DNA from: Minisyncoccota bacterium
GTDB lineage: Bacteria; Patescibacteriota; Minisyncoccia; Minisyncoccales; CG1-02-41-26
DNA: 64,000 nt
Reading direction: 5' to 3'
Assembly (NCBI GenBank): GCA_028718785.1
Contig: JAQULB010000003.1
Location: forward strand, 8,788 to 72,787
The position numbers were made by a program, and so were the translations under genes. This document shows, in pieces, positions 17,750 through 27,425 of this stretch (positions are counted from its first letter, which is position 1; each line of letters begins with the position of its first letter). The notes below the pieces were generated by a model, which made no database searches, was not told where the DNA came from, and was given only the letters and a program-made list of their open reading frames with translations.

Positions 17750-18350
17750 ACCTGTCCTGTACTCACCCGGATCGCACCTAACCCTTACACCACCTTATGT
17801 TTTTCCACCACCACCAGTTTAACACTTTGATTAAAATGTCTAACTGAAGATATTTTATCATAAATTGATGAAAAAGGAAAGCAAAAATTGCTGAAATAAT
17901 CCTTAAATCTAATAGCAGATATTGCTTTCATAACAATGTGGTTGATGATTTTGACCTTAGAATGCCTTATTCTAGTATTAAGTCTTTATTGATTTTCGAT
18001 TTAAATATTAATCTTGTATTGTCATACTTTTAACTGTATACTTATACACATAAAAATCAAAGCATGCAAGAGTGGAAATCTTTTGGTAATACAGAAAATA
18101 TGGCAGGTTATATCCATGTAATTATTCGTTATAACAGCAAATATAATCATAAAATTGTGGATAAACTTAGGCATTAGCAAAAAACTCGTTGGCCAATTTA
18201 ATGGTTTTTTTTGTGACGAAAAGGATTTTTACTGAACAACTTAATTTTTCTCTTGACTCCACCTGATAGATGGGTGTATAATACATCTTGTATATGGTGT
18301 ATATATAATACATGTGACTTATCTTTAACATACAATATGGATTGGTGAGG
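17750..18350. other. 600-bp AT-rich non-coding region adjacent to the recombinase: candidate att or junction region
   Basis: Direct repeats AAAATGTCTAACT at about 17640 and 17836. Palindromes GTATACTTATACAC (about 18036) and TGTATATGGTGTATATATAATACA (about 18288). No ORFs. Confidence 0.35.
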
Positions 18351-18354
18351 TCTT

Positions 18355-18552
18355 ATGGAGAGAAAAATAAGGAACATAAATATCGGAGTATATGAAGATC
18401 AATTAGAAATCTTAGAGGGAATACGGAAAAAGAGTAATCGGAGTTATGTGCCAAGTCGGTCGGAGTTAGTAAGGGAAGCTATCGATAATTTTATTGAACT
18501 TTGTTCACAGCCTAATTTAATTTCTTCAGGGGCTAAATTGGTCAAAGAGTAA
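18355..18552 (+). CDS. Ribbon-helix-helix (CopG-like) small DNA-binding protein
   Basis: 65 aa. INIGVYEDQLEILEG as the beta strand, followed by ...SRSELVREAIDNFIEL, matches the RHH pattern. Confidence 0.45.
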   Translation: MERKIRNINIGVYEDQLEILEGIRKKSNRSYVPSRSELVREAIDNFIELCSQPNLISSGAKLVKE

Positions 18553-18594
18553 GGGTGTCAAAAATTAAAATTTAATTTATTAGAGGAATATAAT

Positions 18595-19683
18595 ATGAGT
18601 ATTATAGATACTTATTCAAAAGCTGGGGTTGATACGGAACAAGAAGAAAGTTCTATGTCTGGTTTGATTAATCACGTGAAAAGGACATGGCCTTTTTCAG
18701 GTGACATCGCAAAAGTGAAGTTAGATATAGGTTTTTTTGCCAATGTTTTAGATATTGGCAATGGTATTGGTCTTGCTATATCAGCCGATGGGGTAGGAAC
18801 AAAAATACTTGTAGCCCAAATGATGGATAAGTATGACACTGTAGGTATAGATTGTATTGCTATGAATGTTAACGACATTCTTTGCGTTGGGGCAAGGCCT
18901 ATTACAATGGTTGATTATATAGCTGTGCAAAATGCTGATCCTTGGTTACTTAACGAAATCGGAAAGGGGCTTTATGAAGGCGCAAAAATAGCGAATGTAA
19001 ACATACCTGGTGGAGAGTTAGCACAAGTGAAAGATATGATAAGGGGACCAAGAGAAGGCTTCGGATTTGATCTTGTAGGTATGTCTGCCGGAATAGTACC
19101 CATTGATAAACTTATTGTCGGAGAAGATTTAAAAGACGGGGATGTTATTATTGGTATAAAAAGTAATGGGATACATAGCAATGGCCTAACATTAGCTCGC
19201 AAGGTTCTTTTGGAGGAGGCAGGTTTTTCGGTAGGCAAATATATAGACGACCTAGGAACTACTCTTGGAGAAGAGCTTCTTAAACCAACCCACATTTATG
19301 TTAAAGAGGTCCTAGAGATAATCGAGTGTTGCAAAAATGTAAAATCGCTAATTCATATTACAAGTGATGGCTTTCTGAATTTGCCAAGAGTTAAGTCTAA
19401 TGTGAGCTATATTATAGATAACCTTCCCGATATACCTCCGATCTTTAACCTTATTCAAAATTTAGGTGAGGTCCCTGATGAAGAAATGTTCACTGTTTAT
19501 AATATGGGAATAGGTTTTTGCGTAATTGTAGCGCCAAATGATGTGGATCAAGTTTTTTCAATACTTAAGAATAATAATCGGCAGGCGTACAAAATAGGCT
19601 ATATTGTTGGTGACGGAAAAAGCCAAGTGACAATTAATCCCAGGGGGTTAATAGGTAGTGGAAAACGATTTCACAAATTTTAG
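18595..19683 (+). CDS. PurM-like protein (AIR synthetase family)
   Basis: ISADGVGTKILVAQMMDKYDTVGIDCIAMNVNDILCVGARPI closely follows the PurM signature DGVGTK...GIDLVAMCVNDL. The size (362 aa) fits. No other purine-pathway genes are nearby. Confidence 0.7.
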   Translation: MSIIDTYSKAGVDTEQEESSMSGLINHVKRTWPFSGDIAKVKLDIGFFANVLDIGNGIGLAISADGVGTKILVAQMMDKYDTVGIDCIAMNVNDILCVGARPITMVDYIAVQNADPWLLNEIGKGLYEGAKIANVNIPGGELAQVKDMIRGPREGFGFDLVGMSAGIVPIDKLIVGEDLKDGDVIIGIKSNGIHSNGLTLARKVLLEEAGFSVGKYIDDLGTTLGEELLKPTHIYVKEVLEIIECCKNVKSLIHITSDGFLNLPRVKSNVSYIIDNLPDIPPIFNLIQNLGEVPDEEMFTVYNMGIGFCVIVAPNDVDQVFSILKNNNRQAYKIGYIVGDGKSQVTINPRGLIGSGKRFHKF

Positions 19684-19699
19684 AAGAGCTCTGATATAG

Positions 19700-20080
19700 A
19701 TGGATGATAACGAGGTCATAGAGCAGTTAAATAAATTGAAAGAATGGGCTTATCAACTCGCATCTGACCACAGTCTTAGTGAGGACTTTGGGCTCTGGTA
19801 TAAACAAGTGGTGGACGCTATTCAGAATATTTTTGGAGCCGATTCAGAAGAGATGAAGAAATTTAATCAAATCAATTTTAGAATCGATTCTAACATTATT
19901 CAGGATATAAAGCATAAAGCCGAAACACTTACCCATCAACTCGAAGCCGTATCACAAAAAGATACCAAAATTCAACATTTTGATTCCTCATCGGGTCATT
20001 ACTATCGTGAAAGATTATATGATGCTGCCGAAACGATAATGGCAATGATAATAGAACTGAGATCTCATAATAAAGAATAA
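19700..20080 (+). CDS. Hypothetical protein (126 aa)
   Basis: ORF only. Confidence 0.35.
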   Translation: MDDNEVIEQLNKLKEWAYQLASDHSLSEDFGLWYKQVVDAIQNIFGADSEEMKKFNQINFRIDSNIIQDIKHKAETLTHQLEAVSQKDTKIQHFDSSSGHYYRERLYDAAETIMAMIIELRSHNKE

Positions 20081-20172
20081 TAGCCGTTGTTGTTTTTATC
20101 GTCTTCGTAAATACGAAAAAGTTCATTTTTACCCTAACTAAAAAGCTTAAAATTCCTGGATTCCTAACTTAA

Positions 20173-20197
20173 AAGGCATCATCTTGATGCCTTTTTT
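20173..20197 (+). terminator. Rho-independent terminator
   Basis: aaggcatca-tctt-gatgcctt followed by TTTTT. Confidence 0.55.
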
Positions 20198-20334
20198 ACT
20201 TTTTTTACTTTTGTTGACAAATACCAAAAAGTTTTTTATACTGGGTAGAAATTATGAGGTAAACTATTGTTGAGTGCATTGAATGTTAAAGTTAAATATT
20301 CTGCAACTACTTTGACAGGAAAAAAGGAGAGATA

Positions 20335-20925
20335 ATGGGCTATTTGAGCATAAGCAATCTCGAAATTTTATCCAAGTGTTTAGCTGTAATCGCAATAATT
20401 GCCGCCGGGGTTTGGTCCTTATTTCTCTTTTTTAAGTCTCAGCAGATCCAAAAAGCACAGTTATATAAAGACCTAGAGCTCAAAGCGATAGACTTATTTC
20501 TTGAAGCAATGAAGAATTCTGAGCTCAACAAAATTTATGACTCACAATTCGAAATTCCAAAGACAGATATTGATTCTAGTGAATCTATGCAATGGTCTGA
20601 CTCAATAGCGTCTATGGCCAACTATGCGTATAGTATTCTTAATCTTTTTGAGTTAGTATTTAATCTTCAGAAAAGACGCTTGATAACGGAAGAGATATTC
20701 ATGACTTGGGTAGCTTGGTACTGGGATTTCTCTCGAGGTGTTTTTACTCAATGGCTTTGGAGAAACGCGAAGTGGAATTATTCCACAGAATTTATGGAAG
20801 TGATGGACAAGTTCTTTCAAATAAAAGATGATAGTTGGGCGGATGCCTACACAATTCTCGATAATAAAGGAGTCTTACGATATGATCTCAAAAAATGGCT
20901 CGAAGCACGTGGTGGCAGAAGCTGA
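20335..20925 (+). CDS. Membrane-anchored hypothetical protein (N-terminal TM)
   Basis: AAGGAG RBS upstream of the ATG at 20335. N-terminal TM segment AVIAIIAAGVWSLFLFF. Confidence 0.45.
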   Translation: MGYLSISNLEILSKCLAVIAIIAAGVWSLFLFFKSQQIQKAQLYKDLELKAIDLFLEAMKNSELNKIYDSQFEIPKTDIDSSESMQWSDSIASMANYAYSILNLFELVFNLQKRRLITEEIFMTWVAWYWDFSRGVFTQWLWRNAKWNYSTEFMEVMDKFFQIKDDSWADAYTILDNKGVLRYDLKKWLEARGGRS

Positions 20926-21457
20926 TAATTTGGTAATTCGGTGTGCATCCCCCAACGAAATTGACCGTATCGTAGAAATTTACCTTCATGTTGTACAGGG
21001 GGAGTACATATCTCACGGTGAAGTATTAGACGGAATAACTCGGGATTTTCATTCTCAAGCCCCTGATTTGTGTAAGCAGAAGACAGAGGAGTTCTGTTCA
21101 ATCATTAGTGGACAAGAGACAGAAAAGTCCATTTTGGTAGCTCTTGAAAAAAGTGAAGTGATCGGTTTTTTGTTTGGAGGGATTGAGCGAAATACGCGAG
21201 AAGGAGCTCCTCTTGTTGCATCTATCTACGATCTTGGGGTCATGGAATCTTATAGGGGTCATGGAATTGGAAGAAAGCTTATGGAAGCGTTTATCCGCTG
21301 GGCTCGGGAAAAAGGTGCTATTTGGGTCTTCTTTGAATCCGGGGTGAATAATAAAAATGCTCATCGCCTTTTTCACAAGCTCGGTTTCACTCTGACAAGC
21401 CATGTATTTATGATGCCTCTTGATGAATCACTAGCAATGCCCGATAAATTAGAGTGA
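20882..21457 (+). CDS. GNAT-family N-acetyltransferase
   Basis: LGVMESYRGHGIGRKLMEAFIRWAREKG is the acetyl-CoA binding motif (Q/R-x-x-G-x-G/A). Start reassigned to the ATG at 20882, which has an AAAGGAG RBS. Overlaps the upstream ORF. Confidence 0.65.
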   Translation: MISKNGSKHVVAEADNLVIRCASPNEIDRIVEIYLHVVQGEYISHGEVLDGITRDFHSQAPDLCKQKTEEFCSIISGQETEKSILVALEKSEVIGFLFGGIERNTREGAPLVASIYDLGVMESYRGHGIGRKLMEAFIRWAREKGAIWVFFESGVNNKNAHRLFHKLGFTLTSHVFMMPLDESLAMPDKLE

Positions 21458-21481
21458 TATTTAATAATAAAAAATTGAGAT

Positions 21482-21509
21482 AGGCGTCAAAATGACGCCT
21501 TTTATTTTT
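21482..21509. terminator. Bidirectional terminator between convergent genes
   Basis: aggcgtca-aaa-tgacgcct hairpin with an A-run upstream and a T-run downstream. Confidence 0.55.
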
Positions 21510-21536
21510 GGTTGATTTTACCATTTGAAGATGTCT

Positions 21537-22901
21537 CTAAAAAGGTAGAGAATCAAATAGTGTATTTGTTTTCTTCGTCTCCGTTGTTTTAGGAAATTTC
21601 TGATCATAAGCCCTATATGGAGAATAAGATTTTAGAAGAAGCTCGTTTTCCACTTCCTTCCGTGGTCTTGAATATTTTTCTCTGCATAGCTTTGTGATCT
21701 CTTTTTCATAAGATTTAACCTTTTCAGGCGGTGGCAAAGTTATTGCGTTGAAAGGCTGAGATGTGGCTCCATCAACCATAAGCTTCAGGTAAATATGATG
21801 ATTGGGCAGATTGATTAAGTCGTTCATGTTAAATACAGGATAAAATTCCTTACCCAGTAGTTCTGCATCTTCGATGCTTACTCTGAAAGAGATAACTGTT
21901 CCAATATTGCCAAATATTGCTCCCCTTATTTTTTCGTCAAGCTGGTTAGTGTATTGGTGAGCAAGGGTCATGTGTAGACCGTATTTTCTGGCTTCAGACA
22001 GAACATCAGCAAATGATAAAGTCAGAAAGTTTTGGACTTCATCAACGTATAAATAAAATGATCGCCTCTTTCCTTCTGGTAAATTAGCTCTACTCAAAGC
22101 TGAAAGCCATATCTTGGTTACTATCATTGAACCAAGAAGCGAGCAATTATCCTCACCAATCTTACCTTTAGCTAGGTTGACTATCAGGATTTTGCCTTCG
22201 TCCATGACTTTTCTTAGATCAAAGGTGTTTTCCTTTTGCCCAACGATATTTCTGAGTGGAAAACTCGTTAGGAACTGTCCCATCTTATTTAGGATAGGGG
22301 ATACAGCTTCTGTTTTGAGATAAGCTGAGTATTTCTCGAACTCAGAGAACCAGAACTCTCTTACTTGCTGGTTCTTCACCTTCCCTATAATCTCCCATCG
22401 AAACTCTTTATCAGTCAACAGTTTTGGTATATCCAAGATTGTGCTATTTGGTCGTTCCAGAAGCGTTAAGATAGAGTTTCTTAAGATATGTTCCAGTCTT
22501 GGACCCCAAAACTCAGACCATATCTTTTTGAATACAGAGATTAATCCCGACGCTATGAGGTGATGTTGGTCAGGATGAGGGCTTTCCAAAGGGTTAAAAG
22601 CGATGGGATACTCAACATCTCCGGGGTTGAAATAAATGACATCTTTTATCCTTTTCTTTGGCACGAAATCCAAAACAGCTTCAGTCAGATCGCCATGGGG
22701 GTCAATCAGTGCTAATCCACTACCATCGTTCACGTCAGAAATGACCATGTTTTCAATAAGCGTTGATTTTCCAGTTCCAGTTTTCCCTACGATATAAATA
22801 TGTCCTCTGCGATTCTTTTCCCTGATCCCAAACCTCTTTCTTATATCACGATAGTTGGTGACAGCAAAGAATGTGATTGGATTTTTGTCGTTTCCATTCA
22901 T
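21537..22901 (-). CDS. TraD/VirD4/DUF87-like P-loop ATPase (second copy, divergent from 8921-10636)
   Basis: Walker A HIYIVGKTGTGKSTLI followed by LIDPHGDL, and a Walker B YLYVDEVQNF. Confidence 0.55.
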   Translation of the reverse strand: MNGNDKNPITFFAVTNYRDIRKRFGIREKNRRGHIYIVGKTGTGKSTLIENMVISDVNDGSGLALIDPHGDLTEAVLDFVPKKRIKDVIYFNPGDVEYPIAFNPLESPHPDQHHLIASGLISVFKKIWSEFWGPRLEHILRNSILTLLERPNSTILDIPKLLTDKEFRWEIIGKVKNQQVREFWFSEFEKYSAYLKTEAVSPILNKMGQFLTSFPLRNIVGQKENTFDLRKVMDEGKILIVNLAKGKIGEDNCSLLGSMIVTKIWLSALSRANLPEGKRRSFYLYVDEVQNFLTLSFADVLSEARKYGLHMTLAHQYTNQLDEKIRGAIFGNIGTVISFRVSIEDAELLGKEFYPVFNMNDLINLPNHHIYLKLMVDGATSQPFNAITLPPPEKVKSYEKEITKLCREKYSRPRKEVENELLLKSYSPYRAYDQKFPKTTETKKTNTLFDSLPF

Positions 22902-23074
22902 GCTTTAATGGTAGCTTTCTTATTAGACAAAAAAAGTAAGGGGAAAGAGCCAGTTTGAGCATAAAATCGCCACACTAGACAAAATCAGATTTTTATTGAC
23001 CAATCAACAAAAACGTCTTATACTAACAGTGAACAGATAGTTCGTCAATCAACTATTAAAATTTTTATTACTTA

Positions 23075-24631
23075 ATGGGAATTATTATGTCAAAAGAAAA
23101 CAATAAAACTGAAGGCTTCGAGAGAACACTTTTTAAGGCGGCGGATAAACTCCGAAAAAATATGGATGCCGCCGAATATAAGCATATCGTGCTTGGGCTT
23201 ATCTTTCTTAAATACATCTCAGATTCGTTTGAGGACTTATACAAAAAATTAAAAACCGGTGAAGGCGACTATCAAGGCGCTGATCCAGAAGACCCCGATG
23301 AATACAAAGCGGAAAATATCTTTTTCGTTCCACACATAGCCCGCTGGTCTTATCTTCATTCCCACGCAAAACTCCCATCAATCGGCAATGACGTTGATAA
23401 TGCGATGGAAGCCATAGAAAAAGAGAACCCATCGCTCAAGGGAATCTTACCGAGAGTATATGCACGACCTAATCTTGATAAAGCCGCTCTTGGTGGACTT
23501 ATTGACTTAGTCGGGAATATTGCGATTGGTGATGAGGCAGCTAAAAGCAAAGACGTTCTCGGTAGGGTATATGAATACTTTCTCGGTGAATTTGCCAATG
23601 CTGAGGGCAAAAAGGGCGGACAATTCTATACGCCAAAGTCAATCGTTCGCATTATGGTAGAGATGATAGAGCCTTACAGTGGTCGTGTATATGATCCATG
23701 CTGTGGCTCTGGCGGCATGTTTATTATGAGTGAGCGATTCGTTGAAAGCCATCAGGGAAAAATTAACGATATTTCTATTTATGGGCAGGAGAGCAACCAG
23801 ACTACTTATCGTCTGTGCCGAATGAATCTTGCTATCCGTGGGATTGATGGATCACAAGTGAAATGGAATACGGAAGGCTCTTTCCTTAATGATACTCATA
23901 AGGACTTAAAAGCAGATTTTATTTTGGCTAATCCGCCGTTTAACGATAGCGATTGGTCGGGAGAACTTCTGCAAAAAGACCCTAGATGGCAATATGGCAT
24001 ACCTCCGGCGGGAAGTGCCAATTTTGCTTGGCTTCAGCACATGATCTATCATCTGTCGCCAAAAGGCGTGATGGCTTGCGTGTTAGCTAACGGTTCGCTT
24101 TCATCTCAGACTAATAACGAAGGGGAGATACGCAGACAGTTTGTTGATAACGATCTAGTGGATTGTATCGTCATGCTCCCAAAACAGCTTTTCTATAATA
24201 CTGGTATACCTGCTTGTATCTGGTTTATCTCCCGCAAGCGCGCAGGCAATGGCGACAGAAAGCGCACTGGTGAAATTCTGTTTATTAATGCCGATGAAGT
24301 TGGTTCTATGGAAGACCGAACCCATAAATTGTTTAATGATGAAGATATACAGAAAGTCGCTGGTACTTATCACGAGTGGAGAACTAAAAATGGGAAGTAT
24401 GAGGATATAAAGGGATTTTGTAAGTCCGTTAAGCTTGAAGAAATACAGAAGCATAATTACATTCTTACTCCGGGGCGATATGTCGGTATAATGGACGAAG
24501 AAGACGATGGCATACCCTTTGAGGAGAAAATAACGGAATTAACCGGGAAACTTAAAGTGCAAGTAACGGAAGAAAAGAGACTAAACGAGAAAATAAAAGA
24601 GAGTCTGGAAAGTATAGGATTTGAGCTTTGA
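23075..24631 (+). CDS. hsdM: Type I restriction-modification system methyltransferase subunit
   Basis: NPPF motif (ILANPPFNDSDW). SAM-binding FYTPKSIVRIMVEMIEP...YDPCCGSGGMF. Size 518 aa. Confidence 0.85.
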   Translation: MGIIMSKENNKTEGFERTLFKAADKLRKNMDAAEYKHIVLGLIFLKYISDSFEDLYKKLKTGEGDYQGADPEDPDEYKAENIFFVPHIARWSYLHSHAKLPSIGNDVDNAMEAIEKENPSLKGILPRVYARPNLDKAALGGLIDLVGNIAIGDEAAKSKDVLGRVYEYFLGEFANAEGKKGGQFYTPKSIVRIMVEMIEPYSGRVYDPCCGSGGMFIMSERFVESHQGKINDISIYGQESNQTTYRLCRMNLAIRGIDGSQVKWNTEGSFLNDTHKDLKADFILANPPFNDSDWSGELLQKDPRWQYGIPPAGSANFAWLQHMIYHLSPKGVMACVLANGSLSSQTNNEGEIRRQFVDNDLVDCIVMLPKQLFYNTGIPACIWFISRKRAGNGDRKRTGEILFINADEVGSMEDRTHKLFNDEDIQKVAGTYHEWRTKNGKYEDIKGFCKSVKLEEIQKHNYILTPGRYVGIMDEEDDGIPFEEKITELTGKLKVQVTEEKRLNEKIKESLESIGFEL

Positions 24632-24668
24632 TTTTGTGGCAAATTTTATTTTGAGGAGTTGAGCGATT

Positions 24669-25016
24669 GTGTTAACTAAAACGAAAAATTCAAAACAAAT
24701 AGAGCATTTGGCATTTAGGCTATCAAGTATATTGATTGAAAAAAGTGAAAACCAACTGGAAGATTACGACTTTTCTTGGCTAGACGTTTTTACCAAAAAA
24801 GGTAAAGAGGACTTCAAAAGCCAGCTATATCAAGCCATATCAAAATCAATAGATACTGGTGATTGGTCTTTTGTGGAAGAGATAATAGATTCTTGGTATG
24901 AAACTGCCGAGATTAAATCAAACAAAAGCCTAATGAGAAGGATCAAAAAAGGTAGCGAAGAAGCAAGGCGAGGAGAATCTAAAAGTTGGGAAGAATTTCA
25001 AAAAGAACTAGAATAG
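24669..25016 (+). CDS. Putative antitoxin partner of the downstream RelE/ParE-like toxin
   Basis: Small acidic ORF overlapping the toxin ORF by 31 bp. No clear DNA-binding motif recognised. Confidence 0.3.
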   Translation: MLTKTKNSKQIEHLAFRLSSILIEKSENQLEDYDFSWLDVFTKKGKEDFKSQLYQAISKSIDTGDWSFVEEIIDSWYETAEIKSNKSLMRRIKKGSEEARRGESKSWEEFQKELE

Positions 25017-25285
25017 AGTTTTCATCTCAAGCACAAAGGGATTGGAAAAAGCTGAAAAAGAAGATCGGGAAAGATGCAGAATCAGACTTTAACAAGTCTA
25101 TTGAGGCTATAGCAAATAATCCGTTAAGCGGAAAACCGCTACAAGAAAACTTATCAGGTCATTATGGGTTCAGATTTGGCGGGCATTATAGGATCGTGTA
25201 TGAAATTCTAGAGGATGATAAAGGAAAATTCGTTTCTATATGTGCGGTTGATGACAGGAAAAACATATACAGGAAGCGTTTATAA
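24986..25285 (+). CDS. RelE/ParE-family type II toxin
   Basis: IEFSSQAQRDWKKLKKKIGK...LSGKPLQENLSGHYGFRFGGHYRIVYEI matches the RelE/ParE consensus (kpL.g.l.g.yrlRvGdYRiiY). The exact start is uncertain. Confidence 0.6.
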   Translation: MGRISKRTRIEFSSQAQRDWKKLKKKIGKDAESDFNKSIEAIANNPLSGKPLQENLSGHYGFRFGGHYRIVYEILEDDKGKFVSICAVDDRKNIYRKRL

Positions 25286-25303
25286 AATTGGGCAAAAATA
25301 ACT

Positions 25304-26563
25304 ATGACATCTAAAAATACACAGCAGATACTGACTGGATGGGAAGAAGCCACTTTGGGGGATTATATTTCTATTAAGCATGGCTTTGCATTTAAGGGAG
25401 AATATTTCTCCGAACAGGAAAATGAAAATGTATTATTAACGCCGGGAAATTTTAATATTGGAGGAGGATTTAAAGCTGATAAATTGAAGTATTATATAGG
25501 CTTGTTTCCAGAAGAATACATTTTGCATGCCGGCGATTTAATAGTTACAATGACTGATCTAAGTAAAGATGGTGATACTCTAGGTTATCCTGCAAAAGTC
25601 CCGCATTATGAAAATAAAAACTTTTTACATAATCAACGAATAGGGCTTGTTCAATTCAAACGCAAGGATCTTGATAGAGACTTTTTATACTATCTGATGT
25701 GTACAAGAAATTACCAAAAAAATATTGTAAATTCTGCATCAGGAAGCACTGTACGGCATACGTCACCCGATAGGATTAAAGAATATAAGTCTTTATTTCC
25801 ATCTTTTCCCGAACAACGAGCTATTGCGTCCGTGCTTTCTGCTTTTGATGATAAGATTGAACTTTTACGGGAGCAGAATAAGACGTTGGAAAGTATCGCC
25901 CAAGCACTATTCAAGCGATGGTTTGTGGATTTTGAGTTCCCTAATGAGCAAGGCAAGCCCTATAAATCAAGCGGTGGCAAAATGATTGACTCTGAATTGG
26001 GAGAAATCCCAGATGGGTGGAAAGTAGGGGGATTGAGGGATATTATAAATATTTATGATTCTAGGCGTATACCATTATCAAGCGAGCAGAGAGCAAAAAG
26101 AAAAGGAAAATATCCATACTATGGGGCTACTGAGGTTATAGATTATATTGATGATTATTTATTTGAAGGCATTTATCTTTTACTTGCCGAAGATGGCTCT
26201 GTTATAGATGAAGAAGGATTTCCTGTTCTGCAATATGTTTTTGGACAGTTTTGGGTCAGTAACCATGCTCATGTTATACAAGGTAAGCAAGACATATCAA
26301 CTGAATATCTTTATCTTCTTTTTAAGCAAACCCCGGTTTCTGGGATTATTACAGGCGCGGTACAATTAAAAATAAACCAAGAAAATCTATTATCACTAGA
26401 AGTTATCATACCAGAAAAGCAAACCTTAAAAGTATTCAATAGTCTTATGGATTCTATTTTCTCTAAGGTTAGAGCTAATATTCTTCAAATTCAGACTCTT
26501 TTTCAACTCCGAGATACTTTATTACCAAAGCTTATGCGTGGTGAAGTGAGAGTGAAGCATTAA
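25304..26563 (+). CDS. hsdS: Type I restriction-modification system specificity subunit (two target-recognition domains)
   Basis: Position between hsdM and hsdR. Repeated conserved spacer-like segments (…LFKRWFVDFEFPNEQG… and …LPKLMRGEV…). Size 419 aa. Confidence 0.75.
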   Translation: MTSKNTQQILTGWEEATLGDYISIKHGFAFKGEYFSEQENENVLLTPGNFNIGGGFKADKLKYYIGLFPEEYILHAGDLIVTMTDLSKDGDTLGYPAKVPHYENKNFLHNQRIGLVQFKRKDLDRDFLYYLMCTRNYQKNIVNSASGSTVRHTSPDRIKEYKSLFPSFPEQRAIASVLSAFDDKIELLREQNKTLESIAQALFKRWFVDFEFPNEQGKPYKSSGGKMIDSELGEIPDGWKVGGLRDIINIYDSRRIPLSSEQRAKRKGKYPYYGATEVIDYIDDYLFEGIYLLLAEDGSVIDEEGFPVLQYVFGQFWVSNHAHVIQGKQDISTEYLYLLFKQTPVSGIITGAVQLKINQENLLSLEVIIPEKQTLKVFNSLMDSIFSKVRANILQIQTLFQLRDTLLPKLMRGEVRVKH

Positions 26564-26573
26564 GGTTTGAATC

Positions 26574-27419
26574 ATGGCAAATATGTCAAATAATGATAAA
26601 ACAAAGCTTGAGGCTCTGTTCGGAATGCGCAGCGGGTATGTCTTGGATTTTTCAGGCAACACTTTCCAAGATTTTATCCATGACAGCACTGGTTTAGATA
26701 TTTTTGATTCGAAGTATAATCATTTTAGTGGTTCTAAGGCAAATAGGCTTCGTGCTTTTTGGCAAAAGGAATCAGATAACATAGTTGGGAAATTAATTGC
26801 AGACCTATTAGAATATTGGAAAACACAAAAGGAAGTAAAAGGTAATGAAATAGAGGAAATTGAGCAAAAGCTTTATGGCGATTGCATAAATATTTCAAAA
26901 AGATTACTCGGTGAAAGACAAGAGTATATCGATCAGCAAAATGTTACCGAAGATGATTTTCTCAATAAGGAATTCCAAGAAATATCTTTAGAGAAACTCG
27001 GTTTAGAAAGTGTATTTACTAATGTATTGAATCAGAGAATGGATGAAATAAAGAGGTGTCTGGGTGCAAAAGCATCTTTGGCTGCGATTTTCCTATGTGG
27101 AAGTATACTTGAAGGTATATTACTGGGTTTTGTGATAAAGAAACCAGAAGAATTCAATCGAGCAATCCTTAGTCCTAAAGATAAAAATGGCAAAGTGTTA
27201 CAATTTCATGAATGGAAGCTAAGTAGTCTTATAGATGTTTCCCATGAAGTAGGTTTACTTGGGGATGATGTAAAGAAGTTTAGTCATGCCCTACGCGAAT
27301 TTAGGAATTATATCCATCCATACCAACAAGCTAGTTCAGGGTTCAATCCTGATGGGCATACTGCCAAAATATGTTGGCAAGTACTCAAGGCTGCGATTAG
27401 CGATTTATCTAAGGTATAA
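26574..27419 (+). CDS. HEPN-like (Abi-type RNase-like) protein embedded between hsdS and hsdR
   Basis: C-terminal HALREFRNYIHPYQQ resembles the HEPN R-x-x-R-N-x-x-x-H motif of Abi_2-like proteins. It sits in the position that anticodon nucleases occupy in prr-type loci. Confidence 0.35.
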   Translation: MANMSNNDKTKLEALFGMRSGYVLDFSGNTFQDFIHDSTGLDIFDSKYNHFSGSKANRLRAFWQKESDNIVGKLIADLLEYWKTQKEVKGNEIEEIEQKLYGDCINISKRLLGERQEYIDQQNVTEDDFLNKEFQEISLEKLGLESVFTNVLNQRMDEIKRCLGAKASLAAIFLCGSILEGILLGFVIKKPEEFNRAILSPKDKNGKVLQFHEWKLSSLIDVSHEVGLLGDDVKKFSHALREFRNYIHPYQQASSGFNPDGHTAKICWQVLKAAISDLSKV

Positions 27420-27425
27420 TCATTT

